A stretch of 64,000 nucleotides of DNA from Owenia fusiformis (taxonomy: Eukaryota): the NCBI GenBank assembly GCA_903813345.2, contig CAIIXF020000001.1, positions 34,472,001 through 34,536,000 on the forward strand, given 5' to 3'. Shown here in pieces: positions 60,168 to 64,000 of this stretch. A program made the position numbers and the translations under genes. How positions within the stretch are numbered: the first letter of the stretch is position 1; each line of letters starts with the position of its first letter. The notes beneath the pieces were generated by a model that saw only the letters and a list, made by a program, of their open reading frames with translations, did no database searches and was not told where the DNA came from.

Positions 60168-61734
60168 TTAATGTTCAACTGTCTCATTTTCTTTACTTTC
60201 CTCTCTGTGTACATCAGTATCTAAGATGGGCTTCTTCATCCCAACTTTACCATCAGCAACATCAGCTTTATTCTCAAGTTGATTTGTGATTTCTAGTTTG
60301 TCTTTAATAGCACCTGGTTTCATAGGCCTCTCCTCATTTTCATCTACTGAGTCTGAATAAGCTTCAATGTTAGACTTTGCAGTTACATGTTTAGATTTGC
60401 TATGTGCTGAGAGATCCAAAGGTTGTGACATGTCACTATCTTCCATTGATTCTAGACTGTTATCCTGATCAGTAACATCTTTGTTGTCCTTTTCATCGTG
60501 TTTCTCAGAGTCATATTCACCATTTATATGATTATCTTTAATATTTTTGGATTGGATTTCTGATTCATTTGTTTCAATGTTTGGTTTAGTATCATGATCA
60601 GTGTTTTCATTTGAAAGTGATTTTGTGGAGTTTTGCTGTTTTTCTGACTGCTCCAATATATCAGTCTTTAGGTCTACTGCACTAAGCTCACTATGTTTAT
60701 CAGATCTATCAGTGTCATGTGTATTTGACTCAGCTTCTCTATCGATTTCCTTAATGTCCTTATTACCTGATGACTTCATTATACAAGATACATTTTCTTC
60801 AGATTTGCCCCTTTTAGTGCAATTTTCCTGAATGTTTTGAGATTCTAATTTGACAGTATCTGAAATCTCACTTTCTGGTTTTACATCTTTGACAACTGAT
60901 ACTTTAGTTTCATGTCCATCAGTTTCATTCTGTGGAGTTTCAACTTTGTTGGTGATGTTTTTAATATTAGGGTCTTTATTCAAGGTTTCACCTTGAGGGG
61001 CTTCAGTAATTGATTTCCTGCTTGCTGTAAAAGCTGCTTGTTTTCTAGCTATTTCTTTCTTCATAGCAGGAGTTATTATCCGAGGTCTAGGTGCACTAGT
61101 CATTTTGATGTAAGTCTTAGATGTTTTTGATTTGATTTTCTCTATAGTGTTTTCAACCAGTGTCCTTTTTGATTTGTTATTTGGTAAGTGTAGTCCTTTA
61201 GTCATATCTATGATGCATGAAGGTGCATCTTGCTGAACAGACTGATTCCCATTCAATGATATTCCCTGTTTTGGTGGTGTAGATTGTTTTAAATCTTCAA
61301 TACCTGTAGCTACCATGCTTTTAATTTCTTGTGTTGTTGCCAAACTTAGATTATTTTTCATTGTCAAATTCAGCCTTTTTGTAACAGGACCCATATTTCC
61401 TTTGGGACTGATTTTCTTTTTGTTATGGAGTGAGCACCGTGTGTTTTTCCATCTTGGTCTTTTCCGGATAAAGTTTGGATCCTTTTCGACACTGGATTTC
61501 TGAACTGGTGGTACAACATTCGTGACTAGAATCTCACCTTCGCTGTCATTGTGTGCATGAGACTGAAGTTTTGGTTTTCCTTTCAATGGACTTGGTGTTT
61601 TATTGTCATTAGAGGAGTCAGAGCTTGTGAGGTCACAGGCGGCACAATGCCACGCATAGCCATGTTGTTTGGGGGTGCGCCTAGATGGTGGGTCCAGACA
61701 TTGAAAGTGGTAATACTTGCGGCATTCGTCACAC
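60168..61734 (-). CDS. PHF14: PHD finger protein 14, last coding exon (second half of the final PHD plus a long low-complexity tail)
   Basis: TTTCAG| acceptor at 61735/61734; CDECRKYYHFQCLDPPSRRTPKQHGYAWHCAACD closely resembles the PHF14 C-terminal PHD (CDEC..YHF.CLDPP....PKQ.GY.W.C..CD); 522 codons to TAA. Confidence 0.85.
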
Positions 61735-62180
61735 CTGAAATATGATGGGAATAGTAAATTGCTGCCAATTACCCTAAATTCCATTCAGTTACCCACACTA
61801 TTCTCTGACTGATACAGATGGTTTTACAGTTTACATTTTACAGTCAGGTTTACAGGATGGAAAAAATTAGCTTCAATGGCCTTTTAACGGGAGTTATGAT
61901 TTTGAACTGAATGATAGCTAATTATTCTATATTCTTTATGAATACAGGCAAAATATCAAATAATATTTCTAATTCAAAGAGTCAAGTCTCATGTTAAGGG
62001 TAGCTGTCAATTGGTGTAACTGGTCAATGGTAGAAATGAATTCAAAGAGGTCACAGGCTAACATAACTATCAGATATTTCATTCTTCATCTTCAACATCT
62101 CATACATTTCTATACAATAAACTATAAATGTGTATCATTAGACTATGCATAAGCTTTGAAAATATAAGTTTTCAACTTAC

Positions 62181-62431
62181 TTGACACATGTTTTAGTTGT
62201 GCCAGGCATAGCACATGTGACACAAGTCACTTCTACTGGACCTCTTTGGACTTTAGGCTTCACAACCTTGGGCCTTGGAACTGGCCTGGAAAGTTCCTCT
62301 ACCTTGGGTCTCTGGGCAGCCTCAGGTGGCCTATGGTAATCCTCAAATACCTTAGACCTAGAGGCAGGGGGCTGTTTGTAATGGTCCTCTAATACAAGAG
62401 CATTGCTCAGCTCTGTGGTTATGACAACAGG
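62181..62431 (-). CDS. PHF14: PHF14 penultimate coding exon (ends ...VTCVTCAMPGTTKTCVK)
   Basis: ATTTCAG| acceptor, AA|GTAAGT donor (phase 2) matching the next exon; supplies the first CxxC of the C4HC3 PHD. Confidence 0.85.
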
Positions 62432-62675
62432 CTGAAATATTAATAAAAATAGCAAATTTTTACATTACATATTACACAGTGTCTTATTTCTTGTTTACTG
62501 AGCAAATGCCAACTACATATTGATGTGGTACTGGCAATCTAATTTATAATATTTGGATAATGCAGATATCACAGTGATCAAAAAGTGACAAAATTTTGAT
62601 CACCCTACGAGCGCTGATCATGATCGCACTTGACGAAATGATGCCTCCAGGTGCAGTATATCTATCTAATAAAAA

Positions 62676-63462
62676 TAGTACCGTGGGTACTGGGGTCACA
62701 TGGTGTTGCTCAAAAGTGAATGATGGCTAAAATGACAGAAAAAACGGATATAATTTTTTGTAACAAAATTATTTCAAGCCACTTGCCACTATTTTGGACT
62801 GACTAAGAGACAGATGGACAAATCAATGTTAAGTATAAGTAAAATGGCTGAAAATAAAAAAATGGCGGCCATTTTGAAAATAGGCGAGCTTTTGAGCCAG
62901 GAGTCATAGGGGAGTTTTCTGCATTGATGTTGAACAGAAACAACTTAAAACAGGAATCCTATCGACAGAGGTTTTAAAACATGCCAGTGTTGTTGACGGA
63001 AAAGTGGATTTCGCGAGTCAGATGGACAAATCAATGTTAACTAAAATGGCTGAAAATAAAAAAAATGAATATAATTTTTCGCTGATTTTTTGTAACAAAA
63101 TTATTTCATATATCTACTCTTTACATTGACATGGATTTTTACAATGTAGGACACCTGAAATTATTTGTAAAGCTAGGAAATGGGTCAAAAGTGAATTTCG
63201 TGAGACAAAAATGGCGGCCATTTTGAAAATAGGCGAGCTTTTCAACCAGGAGTCATAGGGGAGTTTTCTGTATTGATGTTGAACAGAAATAACTTTAAAA
63301 CAGAAATCCTATCAACAGAGGTTTTAAAACGTGCCACTATTGTTGATGGACGGACGTAAAGACGGACGCACGGAAGACGCATGGATGGACGGACGGATGG
63401 ATGGACGGACGGACGGACAGACGGACAAGTGAGTGATTGCAAAAGCTCACCATGTGAGCTAA
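62676..63462 (-). mobile_element. HINE family F, short copy in a PHF14 intron
   Basis: Same head, microsatellite and tail as 48247..51262, with about 1.5-2 monomers. Confidence 0.82.
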
Positions 63463-64000
63463 TAAACATTCAGTAATTCAGATAATTTTAAGTATTTCTA
63501 TCCTGCTCTCCAAGAAAATGTGTTTTACAAAAAAATATAGATCAAGAGCGCGTGGATTTTCCATTTAAAAGCGATTCCCGGGTACTTGATCAAAATAACG
63601 TCACAATTAGATCACTGTGATGTTTTCCAAAATAAATTCCTGTAAAATAGAATGAGTCACCCGGTACATGCTTTTCATATATAACATTATATCAATGTAC
63701 ACATTTTTTCTTGTAATAAAGGTTACAGCTTTTCTCAATTTGTAATTTCAATGTATTATAAAATGTCCCAACGTTTTACTTACTGGTGAAAATTGAATAA
63801 TGAATATACATGTCATGATATAGTAGACTATAGGGAGAAAATCAATAAACTCAAGGCCTGTGTTACACTTGCTAACTGCATATTGAATGCTCTTACTATG
63901 CTAGAATATTTTCTCTCCCTATACACCGGTAGTATCCAAAGCCCCGCTATGATTTCAAAGTCGCGAGCAAGTTCCCGCTGAAATCGCGAGGAATAAAAAA

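Noticed and set aside
61735..61784. ORF-track start MEFRVIGSNLLFPSYFR for the 538-aa ORF
   Set aside because: Intronic read-through; the acceptor at 61735/61734 joins the upstream exon to complete the PHD finger.

Overview
AT-rich eukaryotic (animal, probably lophotrochozoan or other marine-invertebrate) genomic DNA; it is not prokaryotic. Three spliced host genes can be read by hand. (1) A complete five-exon SZRD1 (SUZ-domain protein, 157 aa, + strand, 11301..36433) with a 22-kb transposon-filled first intron. (2) The last two coding exons of PHF14 (- strand, 60168..62431). (3) The first coding exon of an unidentified - strand gene (771..866), arranged head-to-head with SZRD1. The rest is a dense, nested landscape of mobile DNA. 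It includes a 5'-truncated I-group LINE (APE-RT-RNase H-CCHC) whose ORF is restored by removing one TTAA-targeting MITE, an L1/Tx1 RT fragment and a decayed transposase C-terminus. There are also Kolobok-like (TTAA), Tc1/mariner (TA), EnSpm-like, Academ-like and hAT-like MITEs, and about 15 non-autonomous Helentron/HINE-type elements of at least 7 families carrying internal satellite arrays. Three observations stand out. All the unrelated satellite monomers share a YY1-type AANATGGC/GCCATNTT motif, often as a dyad. The HINE heads, arrays and tails appear to be swapped as modules. The whole ~4-kb interval between the two head-to-head genes is occupied by a foldback element. Most short ORFs in the supplied track are artefacts of repeats.
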